Source: Fidelibacterota bacterium (lineage in GTDB: Bacteria > Fidelibacterota > Marinisomatia > Marinisomatales > UBA1611). From it: a stretch of DNA of 53,028 bases. Location of the stretch: assembly GCA_018671775.1 (NCBI GenBank), contig JABHGY010000015.1, positions 1 through 53,028 of the forward strand. Direction: 5' to 3'. This document shows positions 39,322-47,712 of the stretch, in pieces. Below the pieces are notes generated by a model, which saw only the letters and a program-made list of their open reading frames with translations, searched no databases and had not been told where the DNA came from. A program made the translations under genes and the position numbers. The stretch's first letter is position 1, and each line of letters starts with the position of its first letter.

Positions 39322-39906
39322 CTAAAAACCTAAACGATAGAAAATTTGCTCTCCGCCTCTCATCTTTGGCGAACAAATCATTTCTACGTTTTGGGGGGCT
39401 TTCTTAAAATTATATACTAATTGCGCTGTAACAGATTTATTTTTTTTCATGCCAAACAAAACCGTATTATTCCCTTCAAATGGATTTAATTCGGCTTTAT
39501 TTCCATTTGCATCAACAATTTTTATTTGTGTCATCGCAGAGAAATCAAAAGATTTTGAACGAGCGTTACTTACTTTTAATTTTAGCGAAACTTGTTTCCC
39601 GTTTTTTTTTGCGCTCATCAATTTAAATTTAATACCATCTGCAATTTGTTCTGTCCCAATGGGCAGGGAAACGCGTCCATCTTTCAAAGCCTCTACGGGA
39701 ATATAAAATTCTATGGTTGCCTTCACATATTTACCCGATTTGTCTAACTTTAATTTTGTGATTTTTGTTTCTGGTGATAAGGATCCAATAGAGGATGTTT
39801 CGTTGGGGGCGCTATAAATATCTGTCCCCGTTTTTGTTTTAGTAGATTGTGCAAACAATAAACTTGTTCCTATCAATAATAATATTAATTTCAATTTAAG
39901 TAACAC
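39322..39906 (-). CDS. Exported protein of unknown function (signal peptide, SH3-like N-terminal part, Ig-like C-terminal part)
   Basis: MLLKLKLILLLIGTSLLFAQS looks like a type I signal peptide, with no lipobox Cys. The GTG start overlaps the motB stop by 1 nt (TAGTG). Domain assignments are only pattern-level. Confidence 0.6.
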   Translation of the reverse strand: MLLKLKLILLLIGTSLLFAQSTKTKTGTDIYSAPNETSSIGSLSPETKITKLKLDKSGKYVKATIEFYIPVEALKDGRVSLPIGTEQIADGIKFKLMSAKKNGKQVSLKLKVSNARSKSFDFSAMTQIKIVDANGNKAELNPFEGNNTVLFGMKKNKSVTAQLVYNFKKAPQNVEMICSPKMRGGEQIFYRLGF

Positions 39907-40625
39907 TACTCTTCTCCTCTTTTTTTCTTGATAAATGCATCCAAATAAATTTCAACGCGACGGTTTTTCCCCCGTGCGTCTCTAAGGATAGCCCTGTCTG
40001 TTATATTTTCAGTGCTAATAATGGGGCGAAATTCTCCATAACCCATAGCGGAAAAATATTTTTCGTTCAGTTGCGCGTATTGACTTAATAAGCGAACCAA
40101 ATTCAAAGATCGCGCTGACGACAATTCCCAATTTCCTGGAAAAGCTGCGCGTTTGGGAAGGGACAAATCATCTGTATGTCCCTCACAGCGAATTTCTACA
40201 CTTAAAATATCGCCTCTTTTCTCAATCAAGTCTATCAAACTCGCATATTCTTCGTCTTCATGAACATTCAAAACTTTTGAAGTGCGAATAATACCACCAA
40301 TTTGCGTCAAAAGGGGATAGACCCTTTTATCTACTTCTGCTGACATAGATTTAAATAGTTTACCACGCATGGTGATTTTAACGCCTTTTGTAACCCTATC
40401 AACTTGGACATAGGATGAGGCTACGTTTTCAGCTAATTCTTCGTAGGTTTCGTCTAAAAGCTTGTTAATCACTCGATCAATATGTTTTTCTGCATCATTC
40501 AAAATCACCAAAAGCATGATAAAGAAGGTGAGCAATAAAGTAACTAAGTCCGCAAAGGTTAAAGCCCAGGCAGTACTTTTAGCTTTACGTTCGTCTTGAG
40601 ATATTTCTTTTTTAGTAATAGACAA
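39906..40625 (-). CDS. motB: MotB/OmpA-family stator-like protein
   Basis: A single N-terminal TM segment carries the conserved Asp (AWALTFADLVTLLLTFF). The C-terminal OmpA-like peptidoglycan-binding domain has GHTDD ... NWELSSARS ... GYGEFRPI ... NRRVEI. Confidence 0.8.
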   Translation of the reverse strand: MSITKKEISQDERKAKSTAWALTFADLVTLLLTFFIMLLVILNDAEKHIDRVINKLLDETYEELAENVASSYVQVDRVTKGVKITMRGKLFKSMSAEVDKRVYPLLTQIGGIIRTSKVLNVHEDEEYASLIDLIEKRGDILSVEIRCEGHTDDLSLPKRAAFPGNWELSSARSLNLVRLLSQYAQLNEKYFSAMGYGEFRPIISTENITDRAILRDARGKNRRVEIYLDAFIKKKRGEE

Positions 40626-40629
40626 TTTA

Positions 40630-41430
40630 CTATTTTTCTACACGGAGGTTCGAGGGGATAAAGGTCATGAGTTTCTCTCGAATAAGTAAAGGGTGCTCTT
40701 TAGCGTGAATACTAATAATCCCTTCAACGGCAATATTTTTTAACATGAGTTCATCTTCAGATTTTCGTTTTAGTTTTCCCCCAATCGGTAAAAAAACTAA
40801 ATTTGATAACAAAACACCATAAAATGTGGTAATTAGTGCTAATCCCATCCCGCCTAATAATTTTTCAAATTTTTGAGAAACATCAAAATCCATAGATTCT
40901 TCGCCAGAGCCACCAAAATTATTCATCATTACAATCAGGCCTAAGACGGTCCCCAGCATACCAAACGCTGGGGCATAAGAACCCATATACAAAAACATTT
41001 CTTGTCCTGCCACATGGCGACTATTGATGTTATTCAATTCCAAATTTAAATATTCTCTAAGGCGAACAGCGTCCCGCTCATTAATGGCAAGATCAATTCC
41101 TTTCCTCAAGAAACTACTCTCAATTTTATCTAGATCTCCTTCAAGAGAAAGGAGGCCATTTTTCCGTGCTTTTTCAGCTTTTTCTACAATTTCTTCTATG
41201 GTTTCAATATAATCATAACTTCCCTTTGTAAATGCATTTTTGAGAATGCTTCCTACACCCAAAAATACTTTGAGTGGGTAATTTACAAGGGTAGCCGCGA
41301 TTGTACCGCCCAATACAATTAAAACTGAGTTCCAGTTAATAAAATTTGCGGGATTCCCGTCACCATTTATAATACCAAAAGTAATGATACTAAAACCCGC
41401 GATAAGTCCTATTACTGTGCCTAAATCCAT
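40630..41430 (-). CDS. motA: MotA/PomA-family proton-channel protein (MotA/TolQ/ExbB superfamily)
   Basis: 266 aa with a PomA/MotA-like N-terminus (MDLGTVIGLIAGFSIITFGII ... LIVLGGTIAATL), a cytoplasmic loop and two C-terminal TM segments (APAFGMLGTVLGLI ... ALITTFYGVLLSNL). Confidence 0.8.
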   Translation of the reverse strand: MDLGTVIGLIAGFSIITFGIINGDGNPANFINWNSVLIVLGGTIAATLVNYPLKVFLGVGSILKNAFTKGSYDYIETIEEIVEKAEKARKNGLLSLEGDLDKIESSFLRKGIDLAINERDAVRLREYLNLELNNINSRHVAGQEMFLYMGSYAPAFGMLGTVLGLIVMMNNFGGSGEESMDFDVSQKFEKLLGGMGLALITTFYGVLLSNLVFLPIGGKLKRKSEDELMLKNIAVEGIISIHAKEHPLLIREKLMTFIPSNLRVEK

Positions 41431-41512
41431 ATAATCCTACTTTTTAAATTGAAGAAACGGGGCGTTATCTCCCCCTCTGTGGTGCCAAGCTTATTGAATA
41501 TAATTTACCTAT

Positions 41513-42340
41513 TCAATCTTTTTTCTTATCTCGATGAAGAGATTTGCTCCCTTCAAATAATTTATCTTTTTCGCCTTGGGATAGTTTATCAAATCCCACT
41601 TCATTAATTTTTTCTAAAATCTGATTAATGTCTGTTTCCATTTGTTTTTGCTTTGCATTGTGTTTTTCTTCTCTATGTATTTGATATTCTAAAGCTTGTT
41701 TTCGTATAGAGAATATCACATCTTTAAATCGAAAACGTGAACGTAAAAAAACAAATCCAATGAGCATCCCCGATAAATGTGTCATGTGGCTGATATTCGT
41801 TGCATTGCTAAATGAAGAAAAGAATGCAATAATACCAATCCCTACAACAAACCAGATGGATTTGATCGGAAGGATTCCATAGAGATAAATGGTTCTATTG
41901 GGATACATTAATCCATAAGCCAATAAAACGCCATAGACGGCGCCACTTGCGCCTACTACGGGAATGGTGGAGTTTATATTAAAAGTAAAAGTGACCAATC
42001 CGGATCCAATCCCTGTAATAAAGTAATACTTTAAAAAGCGTTCTTTACCCCAAATTCGTTCTAATTCTGAGCCAAACATCCATAAAACAAACATATTAAT
42101 AAGCACGTGCCAAATACTGCCATGAAAGAACAAATAGCTGATTGGTTGCCAAATCATGAATGAAGACCAAATGTCTTTGGGAACCAGTCCAAAAAGCTTA
42201 AAAAACAATTGGTCTTGACCCGACATATATTGGAGAAAAAATATGGCAAAATTAACAGTAACCAGCATTTTGATAGCATCGGTAAATATTTTAGGCCGAA
42301 AGGAAAAACCTCCCGATGGAGATTGAAATTGATATCGCAT
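41513..42340 (-). CDS. Rhomboid-family intramembrane serine protease
   Basis: HGSIWHVLINM and GASGAVYG (GxSG) motifs and a downstream His in a TM segment (HLSGMLIGF). A charged C-terminal extension follows. Confidence 0.85.
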   Translation of the reverse strand: MRYQFQSPSGGFSFRPKIFTDAIKMLVTVNFAIFFLQYMSGQDQLFFKLFGLVPKDIWSSFMIWQPISYLFFHGSIWHVLINMFVLWMFGSELERIWGKERFLKYYFITGIGSGLVTFTFNINSTIPVVGASGAVYGVLLAYGLMYPNRTIYLYGILPIKSIWFVVGIGIIAFFSSFSNATNISHMTHLSGMLIGFVFLRSRFRFKDVIFSIRKQALEYQIHREEKHNAKQKQMETDINQILEKINEVGFDKLSQGEKDKLFEGSKSLHRDKKKD

Positions 42341-42423
42341 ATGTTTATAAAATTTACCGACTATTTTTCCTTTGTATAAGAAAATGATTAGTAGATTTAC
42401 TTAATAAATAATATGAAAATATC

Positions 42424-42918
42424 ATGAATAACTTCAATCCCTTGGATTTATATCCCCAAGAAGAATTACAAAAAGATTTACTTCGTTGCGCCAAATCGAT
42501 AGGAGGAAAAAATTATTTTCTCCAATTATTAGAGGCTTTACGAAACGAACAGACACCTGCTCTGGTTGCCAAAAATAGTACATTTCGATTCCCTCTCGGA
42601 ACGGTCAAATGGACTAAGCCTATCTTTAGAGAAAAATTCACTCTTCTAAAACAGTTACGTTTGGAACATAAAGATGGAAATATCTTTCCTAAAAAAGGAA
42701 TAAAAAAACATAAAAGTATCATGAATCTTCTTCGTGCATTAAAACCCATCGCCTTTATTGTTCAGCCCAAAAATAAAAAAGATGGTGAGGGTTTTACTTT
42801 TCATCCGTTTGATATTGTCGATGAAAAGACAACGCTTATAAATCCCCTATTTGAGGTATTATTTTTTTCACCTGTTTATCAAATAAAAAAAATATTAAAT
42901 AAAAAACCCTCCCGTTAA
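42424..42918 (+). CDS. Hypothetical basic protein (164 aa)
   Basis: Clean ATG start, K/R-rich, no TM segment and no motif I can name. It ends 3 nt before the DUF819 gene. Confidence 0.5.
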   Translation: MNNFNPLDLYPQEELQKDLLRCAKSIGGKNYFLQLLEALRNEQTPALVAKNSTFRFPLGTVKWTKPIFREKFTLLKQLRLEHKDGNIFPKKGIKKHKSIMNLLRALKPIAFIVQPKNKKDGEGFTFHPFDIVDEKTTLINPLFEVLFFSPVYQIKKILNKKPSR

Positions 42919-42921
42919 GTA

Positions 42922-44166
42922 ATGACAAAACCCTTAATTACAAACGATGCTGTTGTTTTGGGTTTGCTTTTAGGGATTCTTGCCTTTATTTTTATTAGCG
43001 CTAAAAGTAAGCGTCCATTTTGGAGAAAGTTCTACCGTTATATTCCTTCCTTGCTTTTATGTTATTTTATTCCCTCTATTTTTAATTCTCTCGGGATTAT
43101 TTCTGGGGAATCTTCTATGCTTTACTTTGTTGCATCAAGATATTTACTCCCCACCAGTTTGGTTTTATTAACCATCAGCATCGATTTACCCAGTATTTTG
43201 AAGCTAGGTCCTAAAGCGCTCATCATCTTTTTGACAGGGACACTTGGCATTATAATCGGTGGGCCTTTAGCACTTTTGATTCTTTCGTCGTTTTCTCCCA
43301 AATTATTAGATGGCGCAGGACCAGAAGCGGTATGGCGCGGACTTACAACCGTAGCAGGAAGTTGGATTGGCGGCAGCGCAAATCAAGCGGCTATGAAAGA
43401 AGTCTTTGGTGTGGGAGATCAAATTTTCTCTGCCATGATTGCTGTCGATGTAATAGTGGCCAATATCTGGATGGCTTTTTTGCTCTACGGATCTGGTGTT
43501 CATGAAAAAATCGATCAGTGGCTTCAAGCGGATACAAGTGCGATAACGGAACTCAAACAAAAAATTGAAACTTATCGTGCTCAAATTTTACGCATTCCAG
43601 ACTTGACCGATACAATCAAAATAATGAGTGTGGGGTTTGGCGTAACAGCTTTGGCTCACATTGGTTCAGACTTCATTGCGCCATGGATTTCCACTCATGC
43701 ACCTGAATTGGAAAAATTTAGCCTCACATCCGGATTCTTTTGGTTGATTGTATTGGCCACTAGTATTTCACTGGGACTGTCCTTTACAAAAATGCGTGAA
43801 TTAGAAGGCGTTGGCGCCTCTCGTTATGGAAGTTTGTTTCTATATATTTTAGTGGCTACGATTGGCATGAAGATGAACATCCTAGCGATTTTTGAAAACC
43901 CTAGTTTATTTCTCTTAGGGTTTATATGGATTTCTATTCACGCAATATTGCTCATTATAGTGGCAAAATGGATTAAAGCACCATTTTTCTTTATGGCTGT
44001 TGGAAGTCAGGCTAATGTTGGTGGCGCCGCTTCTGCCCCTATTGTTGCATCTGCCTTTCATCCTTCTTTGGCGCCAGTAGGTGTTTTGCTTGCAGTTTTA
44101 GGCTATGCGGTAGGGACTTACGGCGCTTGGTTTTGTGGCATGATTATGCAAGCGATTGCAATTTAA
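42922..44166 (+). CDS. DUF819-family integral membrane protein
   Basis: 414 aa, polytopic, with a GSWIGGSANQAAM motif that I recall from the YjcL/DUF819 family. The 3' end overlaps the convergent yjbR-like gene by 23 nt. Confidence 0.65.
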   Translation: MTKPLITNDAVVLGLLLGILAFIFISAKSKRPFWRKFYRYIPSLLLCYFIPSIFNSLGIISGESSMLYFVASRYLLPTSLVLLTISIDLPSILKLGPKALIIFLTGTLGIIIGGPLALLILSSFSPKLLDGAGPEAVWRGLTTVAGSWIGGSANQAAMKEVFGVGDQIFSAMIAVDVIVANIWMAFLLYGSGVHEKIDQWLQADTSAITELKQKIETYRAQILRIPDLTDTIKIMSVGFGVTALAHIGSDFIAPWISTHAPELEKFSLTSGFFWLIVLATSISLGLSFTKMRELEGVGASRYGSLFLYILVATIGMKMNILAIFENPSLFLLGFIWISIHAILLIIVAKWIKAPFFFMAVGSQANVGGAASAPIVASAFHPSLAPVGVLLAVLGYAVGTYGAWFCGMIMQAIAI

Positions 44167-44509
44167 GGCGTTCTTGGTCTTTTTTCCTTAGTCCTTTTAC
44201 GACTAGCTTATACGAATCATCGATTAATTGAAAAATTAAATCATCTTCCAGTGCGTTGCTTAACACTACTGTATTCCAATGTTCTTTATTGAGGTGATAT
44301 CCTGCCGATATTTCATTATATATTTGTCTTTGAATCTGCGCATCATCTGGGTCGCACTTTAATGAAAGTGTTAATGGTTTTTCATTCAATCCAACTAAAG
44401 CAAATATTTTCCCCATTACTTTTAATACTAAGGTTTCAGGTCCGAAAGGATAGGTTTCCTCAGAGAAAAGTTTTGATAATAAAAAATGTTTTAGTTTTTT
44501 GAGCTCCAA
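44144..44509 (-). CDS. MmcQ/YjbR-family protein
   Basis: YPFGPETLVLKVMGKIFAL ... LKCDP ... GYHLNKEHWNTV, 121 aa. Confidence 0.75.
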   Translation of the reverse strand: MELKKLKHFLLSKLFSEETYPFGPETLVLKVMGKIFALVGLNEKPLTLSLKCDPDDAQIQRQIYNEISAGYHLNKEHWNTVVLSNALEDDLIFQLIDDSYKLVVKGLRKKDQERLKLQSLA

Positions 44510-44527
44510 CTTGGGGGCCTTGAATTT

Positions 44528-45370
44528 TTAAATAGAACGATTCCGAAAATAATTCATTGGGTTTAATATAGGAGACATGGCGCTCAAATCTGCTTCAGGA
44601 ACGACCCATTGAGGCATGGTGTATAATCGGGCTGAAATTTGCTTATCTTTTAATAAATGGTGAGTTGCGTTTGCAAACAAATCTCGGGGGAAGATTCCTT
44701 TTATTTTTTGAAACCCATACTCTTTTAATCCGTCACGAATAATCGTGGAACAAGATCGAGTAAAGATATTAAAATCTGGATATTTTTCTGGGTCTTTTGG
44801 ATTGGGTGGGGTTGACCGAATTACATCTAATTGATGTTTATAGATATTTCCTAATTTTTTAACATCTACGCCCTCCAATCTTAAAACATGAATTGTTCGC
44901 ATAAAATTTCTCCCGAACTTATCATAGTAAGGCGTCCCATCTTTTAATATTTCATATTGGCCATTATTGGGTGAGGGAGCAAATTCACCAAGTGCGGGGC
45001 GATAAAAAAATTCTTCCTCGGTTATAATCTCATTCTCATTAATATGATGAGAATAATTAAATATCTCTCCGTTTACATTGATGGCGCTATGCCCAAGTGT
45101 GGATGTCCAATATTTTACCAAGCGTTCTGCATAATAAAGCTCAACATAGGGCGTGCTCGCTGGATCTTTTTTTGGCCACATAATGATTATTTTTTGCTTG
45201 GTCTCGTAATCTCGTTCAGGTAAAAATCGCGCAGAAACCTCCTTCCCTTCCCAGTGATGAACATACCCATCCCAAATTCGTTTATCAGAAAAATGCTGTT
45301 TCCCATTAGCCTCTTCCACAAAAACTTTTTCATCCGCTTTTTTGAGTATGCCTGTTATGATTTCATTCAT
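44528..45370 (-). CDS. Hypothetical cytoplasmic protein with a His...Cys pattern (possible permuted papain-fold hydrolase)
   Basis: There is no signal peptide. LGHSAINVNGEIFNYSHH (His94) and NIFTRSCSTIIRDGL (Cys207) resemble the His-first, Cys-second arrangement of PPPDE/DeSI-like or LRAT/NlpC-like enzymes. The start overlaps the recO stop (TAATG). Confidence 0.55.
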   Translation of the reverse strand: MNEIITGILKKADEKVFVEEANGKQHFSDKRIWDGYVHHWEGKEVSARFLPERDYETKQKIIIMWPKKDPASTPYVELYYAERLVKYWTSTLGHSAINVNGEIFNYSHHINENEIITEEEFFYRPALGEFAPSPNNGQYEILKDGTPYYDKFGRNFMRTIHVLRLEGVDVKKLGNIYKHQLDVIRSTPPNPKDPEKYPDFNIFTRSCSTIIRDGLKEYGFQKIKGIFPRDLFANATHHLLKDKQISARLYTMPQWVVPEADLSAMSPILNPMNYFRNRSI

Positions 45371-46056
45371 TATGCGAGTATCCTTTTTAAAACAGCCATT
45401 GATTTTAATTGATTCAAAGTATCAAAATGATAAAATAAATGTGCTCTAATATAATCAGAAACGACACGGTTATCCTTTGGTGAAATCTGTAATATCTCAG
45501 TGTTTTTGATGTTTTCTTCCATCAATAATTCAAGAATATTTCTACTGTTTGGCCCTTCGTTTGGGTCGGGAAGCATCAGGCCTGGTAAATCGCGTTGATC
45601 TAAATCGGGCTTAAATCCCAAGTGATGCAAAAGTGCCAATTCATAGAACCAAAAAAGAACATTCAAATTATCATTTGCCTCATTAAAAGCGCGATATGTT
45701 TTCAATAAAATATGGAAAAGTTTCGGATGAGGGTCTTCTTCGGATAATGTTTTTTCAGTCAGCTCTAAAATGGAAAGCGCCAAGGTAACTCGTTTTAAAT
45801 CCTCAGATATTTTTGGCCAGGTTTCAATAAAACTACATTTTGAAACCAGTTGAAGATCCCGCGATTCTCTATAGTTAAAAACTAACTCGATATGGCTCAT
45901 GGGTTGGAACAAAGCCGCTTTACCTGACTTTTTTGAACGAGCACCTTTGATAATAAATGAGATTTTTCCTTTTTCTAAAGTAAAACATCGGGCGATGATA
46001 CTGGTGTCGCTGTATGGAAAAGATTTTAAAACAATAGCGGGTGTTTGGATAAACAT
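45370..46056 (-). CDS. recO: DNA repair protein RecO
   Basis: A 228-aa protein with an OB-fold N-terminus (AIVLKSFPYSDTSIIARCFTLEKGKISFIIKGARS) and a helical C-terminal half. Confidence 0.85.
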   Translation of the reverse strand: MFIQTPAIVLKSFPYSDTSIIARCFTLEKGKISFIIKGARSKKSGKAALFQPMSHIELVFNYRESRDLQLVSKCSFIETWPKISEDLKRVTLALSILELTEKTLSEEDPHPKLFHILLKTYRAFNEANDNLNVLFWFYELALLHHLGFKPDLDQRDLPGLMLPDPNEGPNSRNILELLMEENIKNTEILQISPKDNRVVSDYIRAHLFYHFDTLNQLKSMAVLKRILA

Positions 46057-46113
46057 AGAAGTAGAGCCTAATTATGTCGATCGGAAATATGAAAAATCAC
46101 GTTCCAATTTTCA

Positions 46114-47613
46114 CTAATACGCTTTTGCGTAAATCACCTCATGTAAAGCGGGCTTGCCTGAATAAATACATGTCAATTCCAATGGATTTTCATCCAAAGG
46201 AATACAGCGAATAGTTGCTTTTGTATCATTTTTAATCGCTGTTTCTGTCTCGGGAGAACCATCCCATCCACACCGAACAAAGCCACCTTTTTTAATTTGT
46301 GCTTTAAATTCATCATAGGTCTCAACCGTATGCGTATTGTCTTTTTGAAATTGAAGCGCTTGAGAAAAAAGCCCCTCTTGAATTTCCTCCAAAAGATTTG
46401 GAATTGATTCTTTGGCTTCTTCTAAAGAAACAATATTTTTATCGCCATTATCTCTTCGCGCTAAAACTGCTTTATTATTTTCCACATCTCTCGGTCCCAC
46501 TTCCAAGCGAAGGGGAACGCCTTTCATTTCCCATTCATTAAATTTGAAACCAGGAGAGCGATCTGTCCAATCTTCGTGATAACGAATGCCCTTTTCTTCA
46601 AAAGAATCTCGCACTGGCTGGAGATATTTTTTGACCATTTCTGCTTGAGCCTCATCTCTTGCAATTGGAATAATTACCACTTGAATCGGCGCAATTTTTG
46701 GTGGTAAACGAAGTCCTTTGTCATCACCATGAGCCATAATTACAGCACCAACAAGGCGTGTGCTTACTCCCCAAGATGTTGCATAAACAAATGCTTCAGT
46801 ATTCTCTTTGGTTTGGAATCTAACATCAAATGCTTTAGCAAAATTTTGTCCTAAATTGTGAGACGTTCCCGCTTGGAGTGCTTTTTTGTCTCCCATCATG
46901 GCTTCGATACAATAGGTTTTATTTGCGCCTGCAAATTTTTCTGCCTCTGATTTGAATCCTGTCAAAACAGGCATCGCCAAATAATCTTCTGCTAATTGGC
47001 GATATAATTCTAATATATCAAGCGTCTCTTTTTGCGCTTCTTCTGCTGTGGCATGAGCCGTATGTCCTTCCTGCCAAAGAAATTCAGATGTGCGTAAAAA
47101 CAGGCGCGTCCGCATTTCCCAGCGAACCACATTAGCCCACTGATTGATTAAAATCGGCAAATCACGATAAGACTGAATCCATTTTTTATACATGGCCCAT
47201 ATTATCGTTTCTGAAGTTGGGCGGACAATGACTTCTTCCTCTAGCTTAGATTCAGGGTCAACAATAATTCCTTTTTCTGGATCGGCTTTAAGTCGAGTGT
47301 GAGTAACAACCGCACATTCTTTCGCAAACCCATCTACATGTTCTGCTTCTTGAGCTAAGTATGATTTAGGAATAAAAAGAGGGAAATATGCATTTGTATG
47401 CCCCGTGGCTTTAATCATTTTATCAAAAATCTCTTTGATGTTATCCCAGAGTTGAAAGCCATACGGTTTGATAACCATGGTGCCTTTAACGGGTCCGTGC
47501 TCGGCTAAATCTGCTTTTGAAACGATGGCATTATACCATGCGGAAAAATCTGAATCTTTGGGGGGAAGTCCTTTGCTCATTTGTGCTTCTCTTTCCTCAT
47601 TTGTTGACTGCAA
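46114..47613 (-). CDS. proS: Proline--tRNA ligase (archaeal/eukaryote-like short form, no INS editing domain)
   Basis: FSAWYNAIVSKADLAE ... VKGTMVIKPYG, class II motifs and the terminal Tyr (AKAY) typical of this ProRS form. The ATG at 47580 (MSKGLPP...) is an equally plausible start. Confidence 0.93.
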   Translation of the reverse strand: MQSTNEEREAQMSKGLPPKDSDFSAWYNAIVSKADLAEHGPVKGTMVIKPYGFQLWDNIKEIFDKMIKATGHTNAYFPLFIPKSYLAQEAEHVDGFAKECAVVTHTRLKADPEKGIIVDPESKLEEEVIVRPTSETIIWAMYKKWIQSYRDLPILINQWANVVRWEMRTRLFLRTSEFLWQEGHTAHATAEEAQKETLDILELYRQLAEDYLAMPVLTGFKSEAEKFAGANKTYCIEAMMGDKKALQAGTSHNLGQNFAKAFDVRFQTKENTEAFVYATSWGVSTRLVGAVIMAHGDDKGLRLPPKIAPIQVVIIPIARDEAQAEMVKKYLQPVRDSFEEKGIRYHEDWTDRSPGFKFNEWEMKGVPLRLEVGPRDVENNKAVLARRDNGDKNIVSLEEAKESIPNLLEEIQEGLFSQALQFQKDNTHTVETYDEFKAQIKKGGFVRCGWDGSPETETAIKNDTKATIRCIPLDENPLELTCIYSGKPALHEVIYAKAY

Positions 47614-47712
47614 AATTACCGGCGTTGATTGGGATGACCAACGATTTTTAGTGTAAAACGAATTTACTGAAATTACTTGAGTGTGGAGAAATATCCATTT
47701 ATTTTCAAGCCT

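Noticed and set aside
39906-41430. The MotAB-like pair as a Zorya-type anti-phage system.
   Set aside because: As I recall, ZorA is much larger (about 700 aa with a long C-terminal tail) and is accompanied by ZorC/ZorD or ZorE. Here the MotA homologue is a normal 266 aa and no nuclease or helicase partner is adjacent.
41465-41490. A possible terminator after the rhomboid gene (GGGGAGATAACGCCCC on the minus strand).
   Set aside because: It has only a 4-bp stem with an 8-nt loop and an interrupted U-tract, which is too weak to call.
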